A DNA stretch of 64,000 nt from Trichinella spiralis. Lineage: Eukaryota. Below the pieces are notes generated by a model. It was not told the DNA's origin, ran no database searches, and worked only from the letters and a program-made list of their open reading frames with translations. Positions within the stretch are counted from its first letter, which is position 1; each line of letters starts with the position of its first letter. The DNA lies in contig NW_003526948.1 in assembly GCF_000181795.1 (NCBI RefSeq), positions 1,978,980 to 2,042,979 of the forward strand, given 5' to 3'. The translations under genes and the position numbers were made by a program. This document shows, piece after piece, positions 1-11,605 of the stretch.

Positions 1-947
1 AAAACCGCAACCACCATCGACTCCGAATGAGTGACTTGCCAACCGACCGAGTGACAGAATCACCACCATTCAGCCATACCGGTGTGGACTTTGCAGGTCC
101 ACGGTTTATCCGCCCAGATGTACAGCGGCGCGATGTCCGAGCGAACAAGGCCCATACTTGCATATTTACAAGCATGGTTCAAATGGCCGATCGGAAGGAT
201 CATTGAGATCCACCCGAGTGAAGATGGTGTAATCAGATCGGTGACAGTGAAAACCAGACAAGGAACGGTAACCCGATCTGCAAGGTCACTCCGCCTGGTG
301 GAACCATCCAGTGACGCATAGAACCCGGTTCACCTTTTTGGGGTGGGAGGTGTTGAGAAATCTTTTCTCAATACCTGCTCATCACTATCTAAAAATCCCC
401 GTGGCAACAAAACATTGCTCCTGGTACGAAAACAACGGTTGCACAACGCCAGTTGCACACCTTGTTTTTCTCAATAGAAAAACAATGGAAGAACAATTAA
501 GCGGTGAAAAGGTCAGCGTCCTGTCATATATCTGCCACAACTCCGGTGGCCAGTTGCTGAAAAAGCGTCAAAGTGGAATGTGGCTGACAGCACGCCTGTT
601 CAGACCCCGGCTAAGCTGCACAGTCTAAGGGATTGCGCAACCAAGCCGATCTTCTAATTACTTTTCGACAATCTAGGTCACCAGACGCGGAGTGAGGTCA
701 AGAAAAAGATATAAATACAAGTGCGGAGGGAGGAGGGAACATTAACACCAACATTAACAAAATCACACGGTACACACCGTCTCGAACACCGCCTGAACCG
801 TTTCTCTTGCTATCACATTGTATTACTCACTGTTTTATTCTGAATAAACCGATTCTTAGTCAAACCCGTTGTCACTGATATTCTATAATTAATACATACA
901 GTCCACTACCAAAAGGATCCTCAAGTTCAAACTAAAGATTTCCAACA
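1..947 (+). mobile_element. 3' end of a BEL/Pao-family LTR retrotransposon (integrase remnant, polypurine tract, 3' LTR); internally deleted
   Basis: The frame from 27 reads MSDLPTDRVTESPPFSHTGVDFAGP...KAHTCIFTSM (BEL/Pao integrase start). A second frame reads FKWPIGRIIEIHPSEDGVIRSVTVKT...L (DUF5641-like C-terminal motif), stopping at 321. A purine tract GGGGTGGGAGG (340-350) sits immediately before TG. Confidence 0.9.
351..947 (+). repeat. Long terminal repeat (597 bp), TG...CA
   Basis: Starts TGTTGAGAAATCTTT directly after the PPT and ends AAAGATTTCCAACA (imperfect 14-bp terminal inverted repeat). TATAAATA at 710-717 and AATAAA at 843-848. Composition becomes AT-rich after 947. Confidence 0.85.
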
Positions 948-3900
948 GCCTTGCTTTAATGAATATACCAAGAATTATAATTTTTGTAAAAATGATTTTA
1001 ATCGATCAGAAAAAATAAAATAATCACTACAAATATAGTCTTACGTTTTATGAATCCGTATTTGTCGAGTTATTGCCAAAAATGTTCGGTGCTGATACGA
1101 TTTTAATCGGAGTAACACAAAGCGCTAAAAAACCTGTTCTCTTGATAATACGGAATATAATTTCATTCCATTTATATTTATACAGAATTTACGGCTTATG
1201 TACTCCAAACAATGTTCGCGATGCTAGTAACATTTATACCTGAAATTCATTTTTGTAATACAGAAGGCTACTAATTTGAAAGTTTTTATTAACGGAATTT
1301 TGTTGATTGCAGACAATATAGATATGTGAATTTATTACAATGAACAGAATAAATTAAAGTTTTTATGCACTTTTGCATTATTTCCCTCTATAAATGACAC
1401 CGTTTCTATCAAGCAATTTTGCCAAATATCTCATTAAATAATCAATCGCGTAAAATTGAAAGTATTTGTAATTAATAAGTTCACAATACTGCTTCCATAT
1501 ATGACGAAAGAATTCAATAATACACCGCACTTCCCTAGAGATACGCCTTTTTTTTCGACGTAGCAGAGCCAAGCATCATAGTGCTCTACAAGCAATATAT
1601 GGGTGGTGTTGGATAAAATGTTATCTTTTTCCCGTCCGAAAATAGGGTGAAAAATGGCGATGGAATTTATTTTCACAATCGGTGAATATTGCCGTAGTGG
1701 TAGCTTGGAAACTTCACATGGAGCTACATACAGCAACCAGTGACCTGCTTCCACATTGAGATTTCCGCCGGCGAATCATCATAAAAGTGTGAAGCATACG
1801 CATGTATTAAGCGAGACAATATTCCAAATTTAGAGGCCATTTGTTCCCCAAGTGCCGTGTAGTTTCCTTTGAAACTCTAGAAAACATTTTCTTTTATCAA
1901 TATGAAGTTATTACAATCAAGAAAAGTCCATATTTTGAAATTTTTTCGCCGATTTTCACAAAAACAACCTTGTCTATAGCCTATGAAATTTTGCAATTTT
2001 CGAGAAAAATTTCTTTCTCCAAAAATTAAGTCAATTTATTTACATCGGTAGAGAATTATACGCTGACTCTCATAAAATTATACAGACAGCTCCTGATTGG
2101 GTATTTGTTGAGATATATCAAAAAAAGGAAACCAAAATAAGATTTTAACGGATTCAAAATAAAAAGGAATGGAAAACAGAAAATAAATAAATGTGCAAAT
2201 GTAGTGGTTTCATAAATTTCCACATCGGTGCATTCAATGTTTTGAAACGAAAAAAGGAATTTATTTTTATCGGTATTATTCCTGATTTTCCATTAAACAA
2301 CAGTATCTTTCAAAATTAAAAACTTTCTTCTCTGAATTTTTTCACTTATTATAATTTCGAGATAAGAATTATCGAAAATCATTACATCACAAAACTACTT
2401 TCGTACAAGATGCAAATTTTTTCATTCTATAAATTTTAAATGCTGAAACCGGCAACTTTATCAAATTTCTCAAAAAAACATCTGTTGCGGGTTATAAAAA
2501 ATTTACATGCCATTAATTGGCACAAATTTGTTTGTATTTATAATCTGATCACTTCACAATTCACCGTAGTTTCTGAGATGCTCGGAATAATTTTCACTGT
2601 ACATACTGGTGGATTCCTCTAAAGATTCGAACAAATACCACGCATGCGCCCCATAATTTAATATCAATTGTGCATTTATTTAATTTCATAGCATTTGTAA
2701 TGAATTTTAACTCTGGGCGACTACATTTTATATTAATTATGCAAATCGCCACTGCATTGTTGTTACTTAGCAAAAGTACAATCAATTAGCAACACATTTG
2801 GTATGAATGAAAAAATTGTTAAATTCACTCTATTCATTGTTATAAAAACATAAATTAGTAGAAATGCAATAGCTTCGACGTTCGATTTAATTTTTAATCA
2901 GTTCTGAAAGATGTTTTATGAAAATAGTCAAAATAATGAGAAAATGAAGGAAAAATGAACTGCTCAAAGCTGAAGACTATATACATCATTGAAACGTCAA
3001 AAATGTTTCGTTGCTAAAATCAGGAGTCAAGAAAGCTACAGACCAGCAACTTTCCGTAGTATTCAGATTAGCAGTATACAAATTTCAGAGGTCATTTATT
3101 CCACAAGTGCATGGTAGTTTTCTTTTACAGTCTGCGGAACAATGTAAATTATGAATGTATATGTACACTGTTGTGATTTCCAAGGTCGATCACCACCAAG
3201 TAGGATTGTTTCCAAAGTAGATTTTATTATTCAAGGGCGAAGGGAAGCATAAGAAGGAAGAAACAATATACAGTAAATGGGGATAATAACACTGATTAAT
3301 TAGAAAATGACTAATACTGAACAAAAGCACAGAATCCTTTTTTATAAATATCATGCAATGTTTTCGCACGAAGCAAAATTCTACCCGACTTAACCCTGAC
3401 GTCACAGGAAACAACGACGACTAAGCGGGCAACGCTCGCTGTTCATTCATCGCTAAGCAGATATAAGATAGGCTGCACTTATTTCAAAATTTGCCTGTCA
3501 AAAATGCAAACTTCTCGAAAAAACATTTTTGACTCCTGAAAAGAGCGAAGTCTATAGACTATAAATTTTCGAAATTTTCTAAAAAAAGTTTTCTCTTCCA
3601 TTATCACTCGTATAAATTGGAAATAATCAAAAAAAATAATGACACGTACATCACCGTAATAGACGCAATGTTACACGTCATCAATTAAACTTCGCTGCCG
3701 CACTGAAATTTAATGCACAAGTAAACCTGCAAATTTTTATTATCGTTACTAAATAAATGTATGAAAAATGATAATTCGAAATCTTGTAGCCAAATAACAA
3801 ATGTATTTAATTATTTTAAATAAAATTTTAATTTTTCCTTTGAATATGTTGCAAAATTTTACAAATAAACAGTTTATTTAAAGTTGTCAATTTTTAAATG

Positions 3901-4114
3901 TGATGCTCAGGTAACTTTTTAAACTTCCGAAACTTTTGAAACTTTAAACTTCTGAAATTTAGCATATCATTTTATTTCATTGCTTTACAGGTGCGCAAAC
4001 GGTCGGTTTGTTGAAAGGTCATTCTCCTTCGAACAAAGAGTCATTTTTTGCGGTCATTCAGGATATAAAACGTTTCATCATCGAATACTGTTTGAACACC
4101 GAATACACTTCTCA

Positions 4115-4792
4115 ATGGAAACGAATCGCTTTTGTCAATTGTGCAACAAACAGTTCTCTACTTCGTATAAGTATAAGGTAATGGCATACGCTTCGAATAA
4201 GTAACAACGCCAACAGCACTGTTTTTTTCATTTATATTTATTTCATTAATATTTATATATATATTCTGAAATTATAAATTATCACTGACTTCCGCAATTT
4301 TTACAGTTTCCCCTACATGCGTGATAAATACAACAAAACAAACTAAATGCATTATAATAACCCCTAAAAACTACTTCAGATGCACATGAATATTCATCTT
4401 GGAATTAAGCCGTTTGTTTGCGAAATATGCGGAAGCAGATTCAATAATGAAGGTGCCAGGCATAATCACATGAGAAGGCATAGCAGTGCATCACCATTCG
4501 CTTGCCCGTTATGCGAGAAAACGTTTGTATGGGAACTGTCTTTAAAACAACACTTGCAGTCGCACGCGAATCACGGACATATTAAGGCCAGTATGGTAAA
4601 TTGGCAAATTCTATGGTGCTGTGTTAAATTCCGAGTTTTGAAAAAATTTAATTATGGATTTAGATTAACGAAATTTATGAGCAACAAAAAAGGCAATGCA
4701 GACCGAATAGGAAAGCACAGAACAGACGTGGATTTAGAATGACTGATCCAATAAAACAATTATCGCTGCTGCGTCATTTACAACGGAAATAA
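4115..4792 (+). CDS. Small C2H2 zinc-finger protein (3 fingers, about 135 aa); exons 4115-4177, 4380-4595, 4664-4792
   Basis: Spliced phase-0 GT-AG model: FCQLCNKQFSTSYKYK|MHMNIH-LGIKPF-VCEICGSRFNNEGARHNHMRRH-SSASPF-ACPLCEKTFVWELSLKQHLQSH. An upstream acceptor at 3989-3990 suggests a possible further 5' exon. Confidence 0.85.
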
Positions 4793-5134
4793 ATGTAAAA
4801 ACCTATGCTGACGATAATGAATGAATATTGAAGGTGCATACTTCAGAAAAGTGTAACGCAAGAGTGGAAAAAACCAAAAAATAACCATCGCAAATGAAAT
4901 TCTGCATGATTGATTACATGGGCGCAAAATGCAACCACCCAACTGTTATAATACCAGCAATGCAAAACAATGATATAAGTTTATTAATTATAACAATTAA
5001 TAAATCAGATTATCAATAAAAATATATAGTTCATATAATTTCACGATAATAATGATAACAATAAAAACGACAATGATGATATTAATATTATTATTATTAT
5101 TATTGTAAATATTTTTTAAAAATAAATATCAGTT

Positions 5135-6585
5135 TCAATATTTGCCTTTCATCAAATGCAAAGTCTTATCCGTGACAATGTTCATAGGTAAAGTTATGTC
5201 ATCGGGATGTGTATGGACATAAATGGGGCACCTCTCTACTAGTTCGTATGGTGTCTCTCCATTTTCAAGTGCCATTTTTAAGTTGAAAATTTGGCCTTGC
5301 ATAAGCATCATTTGCAGCTTGAAATAATCTTGGTCAAAGTTCTCATCAAGTTCAAATAACTTTTTTAAATGTTCAAAGAGAGAAGACATACGTTTCGCAT
5401 CATTTAACCTTCGCAAAATAAATGATCGAGTTTCATTGCTGAATGGCCTCTTTGCTAACGGTAAAGTCGCCCAGTAATACGTGTACGGGCGTCGACGTCT
5501 AGGATGTCTGTAAGGAAATGCATATCTGTTGTCGACGGCTGCCATATTAACTGCATAATTTTCGTCGCCTTTTCTTGTATCATTATAAGAAATTAGTAAA
5601 TTCTCTGCGGTTCTATTCGTGTTGCGAATGATATAATTCCAAAATTATTACCCGGTTCAAACAGCAGTNNNNNNNNNNNNNNNNNNNNNNNNNNNNNNNN
5701 NNNNNNNNNNNNNNNNNNNNNNNNNNNNNNNNNNNNNNNNNNNNNNNNNNNNNNNNNNNNNNNNNNNNNNNNNNNNNNNNNNNNNNNNNNNNNNNNNNNN
5801 NNNNNNNNNNNNNNNNNNNNNNNNNNNNNNNNNNNNNNNNNNNNNNNNNNNNNNNNNNNNNNNNNNNNNNNNNNNNNNNNNNNNNNNNNNNNNNNNNNNN
5901 NNNNNNNNNNNNNNNNNNNNNNNNNNNNNNNNNNNNNNNNNNNNNNNNNNNNNNNNNNNNNNNNNNNNNNNNNNNNNNNNNNNNNNNNNNNNNNNNNNNN
6001 NNNNNNNNNNNNNNNNNNNNNNNNNNNNNNNNNNNNNNNNNNNNNNNNNNNNNNNCACGATTTCTCAAATTCCTAACACTCATCATCTATGAGCCATCGA
6101 CTTCAGACATATAAGCTTGATTGTTAAAAAGCAACCTCGGCGTGGACAGCATGGACGAATCATTTTCTGAAGCCATCCTATTCCGCTAAGATCTCTTGTG
6201 GGCGTATTCTTGTTGCTCTATGGGATTAACATATGCCCACGACGATTTTTCTCCTCGTCCGAGGGGGGGAATAAAATAAAAAAATGAACTGTCTCCCTTT
6301 CTCGTAGGGAAAAAACCTTTTTTCACAGCGTGCTCAATGGATTTTTTCATGCAGGAAAATTGAAAATCATTTTTTTGCCAACTCTGCTGCTTCAAAAAAT
6401 AACAACGAGCCGTCCTGTCCATGAAGAGTTTCCCAAGTACTTTCACGATCATCGTATTTTTCGCCATTGTATACGATGTGCACGGTATCTCCGCTTGTGA
6501 GCAGTTCAGCTTTCTCGACATCCGTGGAATTATGTGCGAAACTGGGCATTTCGTCTTTTTTGATAAATTCATTTTCTTGATCCAT
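5135..6585 (-). pseudogene. Type II phosphatidylinositol 4-kinase-like gene with no visible introns and substituted catalytic residues; pseudokinase or processed pseudogene, interrupted by an assembly gap
   Basis: Matches PI4K2A/B blocks: SIEHAVKKGFFPTR (cf. AELAIERCIFPER), WLQKMIRPCC (KWLQKLCCPCC), NQAYMSE (NQGYLSE), YIIRNTNR (YIIRNTDR), AAVDNRYAFPYRHP...YYWATLPLAKRPFS...MQGQIFNL (AAIDNGLAFPLKHP...YWAWLPQAKVPFS...MRGQILNL). Several apparent 1-bp frameshifts, mostly next to the gap. Confidence 0.85.
5669..6055. other. Assembly gap (387 N)
   Basis: Run of N characters. Confidence 1.
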
Positions 6586-9500
6586 GTTGAGAAAAAAACC
6601 CAGTACTTAAACGACGACAATTTGGAAAATAACTGATTTGTCCGTCGAACTATTGCTACGATAGTGCAATGTTAACTACTTTAAAACATTTTAAAGCAGA
6701 CTAACTTTAAATTTTAAATTGTCCAACACTGCAAACTTTAAACAAAACAGCATGTTCTTTTCAAATACATTTGTGTAATATTTATCAACATTAATTATTC
6801 ACCACATATTTCGTATTATAACAACAATAGCTTCAGATAAATGCTGCACATTTGATGAAAATCAAATTATAAAGAAAGCAATATGAAGGAAAGCAGAAAG
6901 AGCATTTTAAAATCATTTTGTACGGTTGAAATCAAATTTAACGTTTATCAAAAAAAATATCCCAAAATTAATGTGCTTTTAATGCGAGATTGAATGAAGT
7001 TTCCAATGTTTTTTTCACCACGTGAAATAATTTAACCTTCATCAATAATTTTGACAATGCTTACTCACCACTCATATCAGCTTTGTGTTCAGATAAATTT
7101 CAAAGAATGGAAAATATATATAAAGTGAGAAATTATACACAAAACACTGGCAGTATCAAGTGATTGCGTTACATCTTCTACAGTCAACAGTTTAGCAGAT
7201 GAATAATAATGCAATGTATCCTCAGAAATCAATAGTGATTTCAGGAAAACATGCCCATTAATTATTGAAAATTTTGTTGAAAAATTGAACTCAACTAACT
7301 ATTAGATAAATTTCGCATCATAGCATTAAGAGTAAGCTTTTGCTGCTTCAGACAAAACAGCATTCACGTTATTCATCTATCATTTATTGCATGGTAAAGA
7401 TAACTTGAACTTTATCAGGAAATGAATTTAAAAGTGCACTTTTTAAGGTTAAGTTTTAGGAATGTTACAAATTAATGGACAGAACATGCAATGCAATTTG
7501 TTAATTAATATTTAAAAATTACTTACAGCATTGTTGTGGCTTTGAATATCCTGTGGAGTACTATGAGCATGCAAAACGTCTTGCGGTATGCATTAGCCAA
7601 CAATTCAACGCTCGCACTCGCCATCTCTCAATATAGGAAGGTTAACGATGAATTATTAGCGTTATCGAAAAGCGCGCGGAAGAAGTGCAGAAGGACAGAG
7701 AAAGGAAAATAATTACCGAGTCGGTTGATTTGTGAGTAGAATTGCAGAACGCTTTTGCTGCTGTTCAAGCCTAGCCTGTGGCGAATGCAACAACGGTGCT
7801 GTTGATTTGATTGCTGAAAAATTGCTTGAAGCTATAAAGCAAACGTTTCACAGATAAGTTATACTGCTGCAGTGATACAAGGAATGCAAATTGTTGAAGA
7901 ATAATTTCAGTAGGACAGAATGTTGATAAGCTGCCTGCTTTCGCTGCTAGCTAAGGAAACGTTCATAGTACTGCATTATTTGCACGACAAATAATTTACA
8001 TGTAATATTTTTAATGTGTTACAAATATAGAACATTTGCTAAAGTATAAACTTTAAATTGATATTGGTAAAATTATACTAAAATTTCATTATATGATTCA
8101 TCGATTAATCCAGTCAATCATGCAATGCAAGCATATCTGTCAACGACAAGGCAAAGAACTAGAAGTTTCATATTTTGAAAGCGAACAAATTGTTTAACAA
8201 AATATCTGCTCAAAAAATATAAAAGAATATATTAAAATATAAACTTAATAATAATCATCTGCCTAGAAAATTTTCAATTCCACTATCCCTTTTCGTTTAC
8301 ATCAATGATCCAATCATTTCTGCGCAGCGTAGCTAGACAAGCCGGACATGGTTTCTTTCACAAATTTCCAAAAATATGCCATCATTTTGCAACCTTCAAC
8401 CGTCCGTTAAACAGCTGAATATCAAGCGTTCAGATCAAAAGTGTGCTAATAAATAAAGCAGAAAACCGTTCTCCGAGCCATCAGTGACGACGAACAGACT
8501 GCGTTGCTAACAGCGACACCACATAATAAATCAAATAGTTGACCAATACCAACTTACAGTTAACCATATAGCCATCATGTACTGCTGCAATTTCAAACAG
8601 CTGCATTCCGCAGCAGAAGTTCAATCGCTGCCAGCTATACCTAATTCAAAACCTCCAGTTTACAGTAGAAGCTCAAATGTGATCTTCATGTACTAACACA
8701 CATAATAACAATAAAATTATTGTTAGAATATTTTTAAAATGTGCAATAAAATATAAAAACTAAATGTCCCTTTACGTTATAGTGAAGTGTCGAAGTGTAA
8801 TTTTTTAGTTTATACTTTTTAAAATTTTCATTAATATGAATTATTTTTAATAAATAAACTTCTTAATGTAACTGTAAATTGTAAAAGTTAAAAAATTACT
8901 GAATAGTAAATTTGTTATTCTGAAAATTTATTTACCGCTTTTACGTCTGTTGATAAAATGCTTCTTTAATGTGTAAATTGCTAGTATTGTAATTTTTTGT
9001 CAAATTCCTCAAAATCTGTACTTTATTAAACGTACATGTATGTTTATTTGTGAAGGATAAATTTATTATTCATTCAAAATGCCAAAGTAAGTTGCTGTGA
9101 AGAGTTTCTGATGACGACGTTCTTTCACGCCTAGGATTCAGCTAAGCTGATAAAAAGATGAATTACAGCCAGAGTCGATTTTGACACCAAGAGACACAGC
9201 GTTGACGTGTTTGGCAGCAAAATTCAAGCAAGCTTACTAAGATGAGATATTTCTAGCTTATTATCATCACATTGCACTGAATAAGTGTCAGAAGTGGATG
9301 TTTCCGACAGTCTATTAATCTTTGATCATCAGAACAGCGTGCATGAGGTAAGTTAAAGCTTTCTAAAAGTGAAAGAATTTTAACTTGCTTACTATTGCTC
9401 GTTGGCATTAAAATAAATAGTTTATTAAAGTTCGTTTCATTTGTCACTGGCTGTCTGAAAAATGAATAATTACTAGAGGAAGTAATATTTTGAAACACAA

Positions 9501-11249
9501 TTTCTTTCAAAAAGCATCTCCTAAAAAATGAAAATATAAATAATGATTGGCACAATTCATCTCATAAGTTAGCAAACAGGAGAATTGTTTTCATATAAAC
9601 AACAATTTGCATCATACCATGCATGCATAATTAATTGCTTTTGTCATAAGTTAAAATCATAAAAAAGAACAACACTTTGAAATTTTTACATTAAAATTAT
9701 TCTAAAAAGATGAAACTAATAACAAGACCGTCTACTGAAGGCGCTGTTAATGAATTTTAATAAATTGCGAGCAATCTTAATGTTGCAAAAAATTTTCTCT
9801 AAAAAAATATCCATTCACTTGAAGCCTGAATTTAACATTTCAAATTGAAAAATTATTTCTATCCAGTGAAATGTAATGAAATTATACATTTGAAAACTGC
9901 TTTAGTGATAATAACGCTGATTATGTGTGCAGTCTTAAATAGCACGTATATGATGAACATTTTCAAATTCAAAAAAATGCAAACCTTTTTTTCAATAAAT
10001 TTGTTATAATTGATCCATGGTGGAGTTTTTGCCTTTTTCATGGTTGCTTTTTCAACATTGCGAATATCATTAAATAGAGCAACTTGCTTGAAGAGTAAAC
10101 AAAATGTTCATGCTACGTTCGTGCATTTTAAAATTTATTAGCAAAACAACGTGCTTTTGCCCAGACAAATAGTTCTATTTAACACTGAGAAAAAAGGGCA
10201 AAAATTCTTTCACTGATATTATCCAAATTGTTAGAAACAGCTATCGAAACCTCTGACGTCAATGTTTCTTTTCAGTAATTAGCTTCAACTATATAAAAAT
10301 ATAAATTCATATGGAATTCTTGCAGAAAAAAGAGTACTTGAAAAAAGTTCTCCAGCTTTATACTAAAAAATGTTCAACAGTCATTTTGGCTGTTGAAGTA
10401 GGCTAATTTTCAGAAAAACAAACTACACGAATGAGCAATTTTATTATACAATCAATTTATGCAATTTTTGAAAATTAAGCAAAAAAAAGAACTAACAAAA
10501 ATGCGCTTACTTTCAGACAAAAGTTTGTAAAATGAAAATCTTTGATTCGTCCTTTTCAAAGCAAAATATTTTATAATACAGTATACAAAATTAGAATCAA
10601 AATGCAAGATTGGAGTAGAGAAATGAAAATTTTAATTTTAAATATTTATTACCTTGTCTCATGTATGCAGTATATATCTTATGTCAGTGTTAGAAGTGAT
10701 GAATAATAAATTTAAAAAAAAGAAAAAAAGCATGATAATATTTATATTTCAATCTTTTTCACATTTTATTAATTTTTAATTTTTATAGTAATAGTGAAAA
10801 AAATTTCCTTTTTATTTGAAGTTATAAAAGTTTTAATTTCTTTTTTGTTAAATTTGAACGTGAAAAACAAAGTGATCATTGCACAAAAGACTTTATTATT
10901 ATTTAAATTGTTGTAATTTTTGTTTTTCTTTTTAATTACAATCGATAAAAAATTAAAGTGAATCAAAACACAAAGAAAACAGAAAAAGAAAAAGCAGCAT
11001 TGAACAAGATGGAGAAGAGTTGAAGATACTGTGAATATTACAGTGATTACTGTAAACGTATGTAAAGTGACAATAATGGATTGTGAATGAATAATGCAAG
11101 GAAGAAAATTAAAATAAATAATAAAATGAAAGAAATAAAAATTATCAACTAGAAAAATATAGAATTTGAAAATTGTTATTGAAGAAGTGGTTTTCGGGGG
11201 GAAGGGGGGGGGGAAGCTAATAAGCAAACATTTGCTGAATGAAATCAAC

Positions 11250-11605
11250 ACCGGACGCGTTAGTTCAGCCAGCACTTGTTGCCGTTTTTCACTTTGCATC
11301 GTGTCAGGTATTCACGCGTCAGTTGTGAAACGGCACGCCTAGGCACGCACTCTTTGGCTAACTGGAGCCTCGTCCTCGGCAAGCCTGAGACACTTGCTCC
11401 AGTTGCCAGTACAACTGTTGTCAGGGGTAATTAATGAAGCCGACGCTTTGAGACGAAACTGTCAAGCGACATCCAACGCTTCTGTTAAGCTGAATGGACT
11501 GGGTGGCGCCAGCTTAAACATTTGGCGTCTTTGACCTGACCAAATTTTAACAGCTGTAAAGCTTTAATCAACCCGCGAACCTACTAGCCTAAAAGTCGCC
11601 CTTGA
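11250..11605. ncRNA. Candidate structured ncRNA or miRNA cluster (three tandem hairpins)
   Basis: GC-rich non-coding island with hairpins at 11280-11335, 11354-11409 and 11476-11528. No long ORF, and flanked by low-complexity DNA. Confidence 0.35.

Noticed and set aside
311..628. 105-aa ORF after the integrase remnant
   Set aside because: Lies almost wholly inside the LTR and has no recognisable motif.
1434..1754. 106-aa minus-strand ORF (and a possible exon near 2607-2720)
   Set aside because: Non-ATG start, no recognisable domain and no coherent splice model.
10769..11299. 176-aa hydrophobic ORF
   Set aside because: F/I/N/K-rich translation of low-complexity T-rich DNA.
11430..11470. Hammerhead-like GACGAAAC
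   Set aside because: No CUGANGA core and no correctly placed stem II.
11584..11592. CTAGCCTAA as a telomerase RNA template
   Set aside because: Not a perfect 1.5 copies of the TTAGGC or TTAGGG complement, and it sits at the 3' end of the block on that strand.
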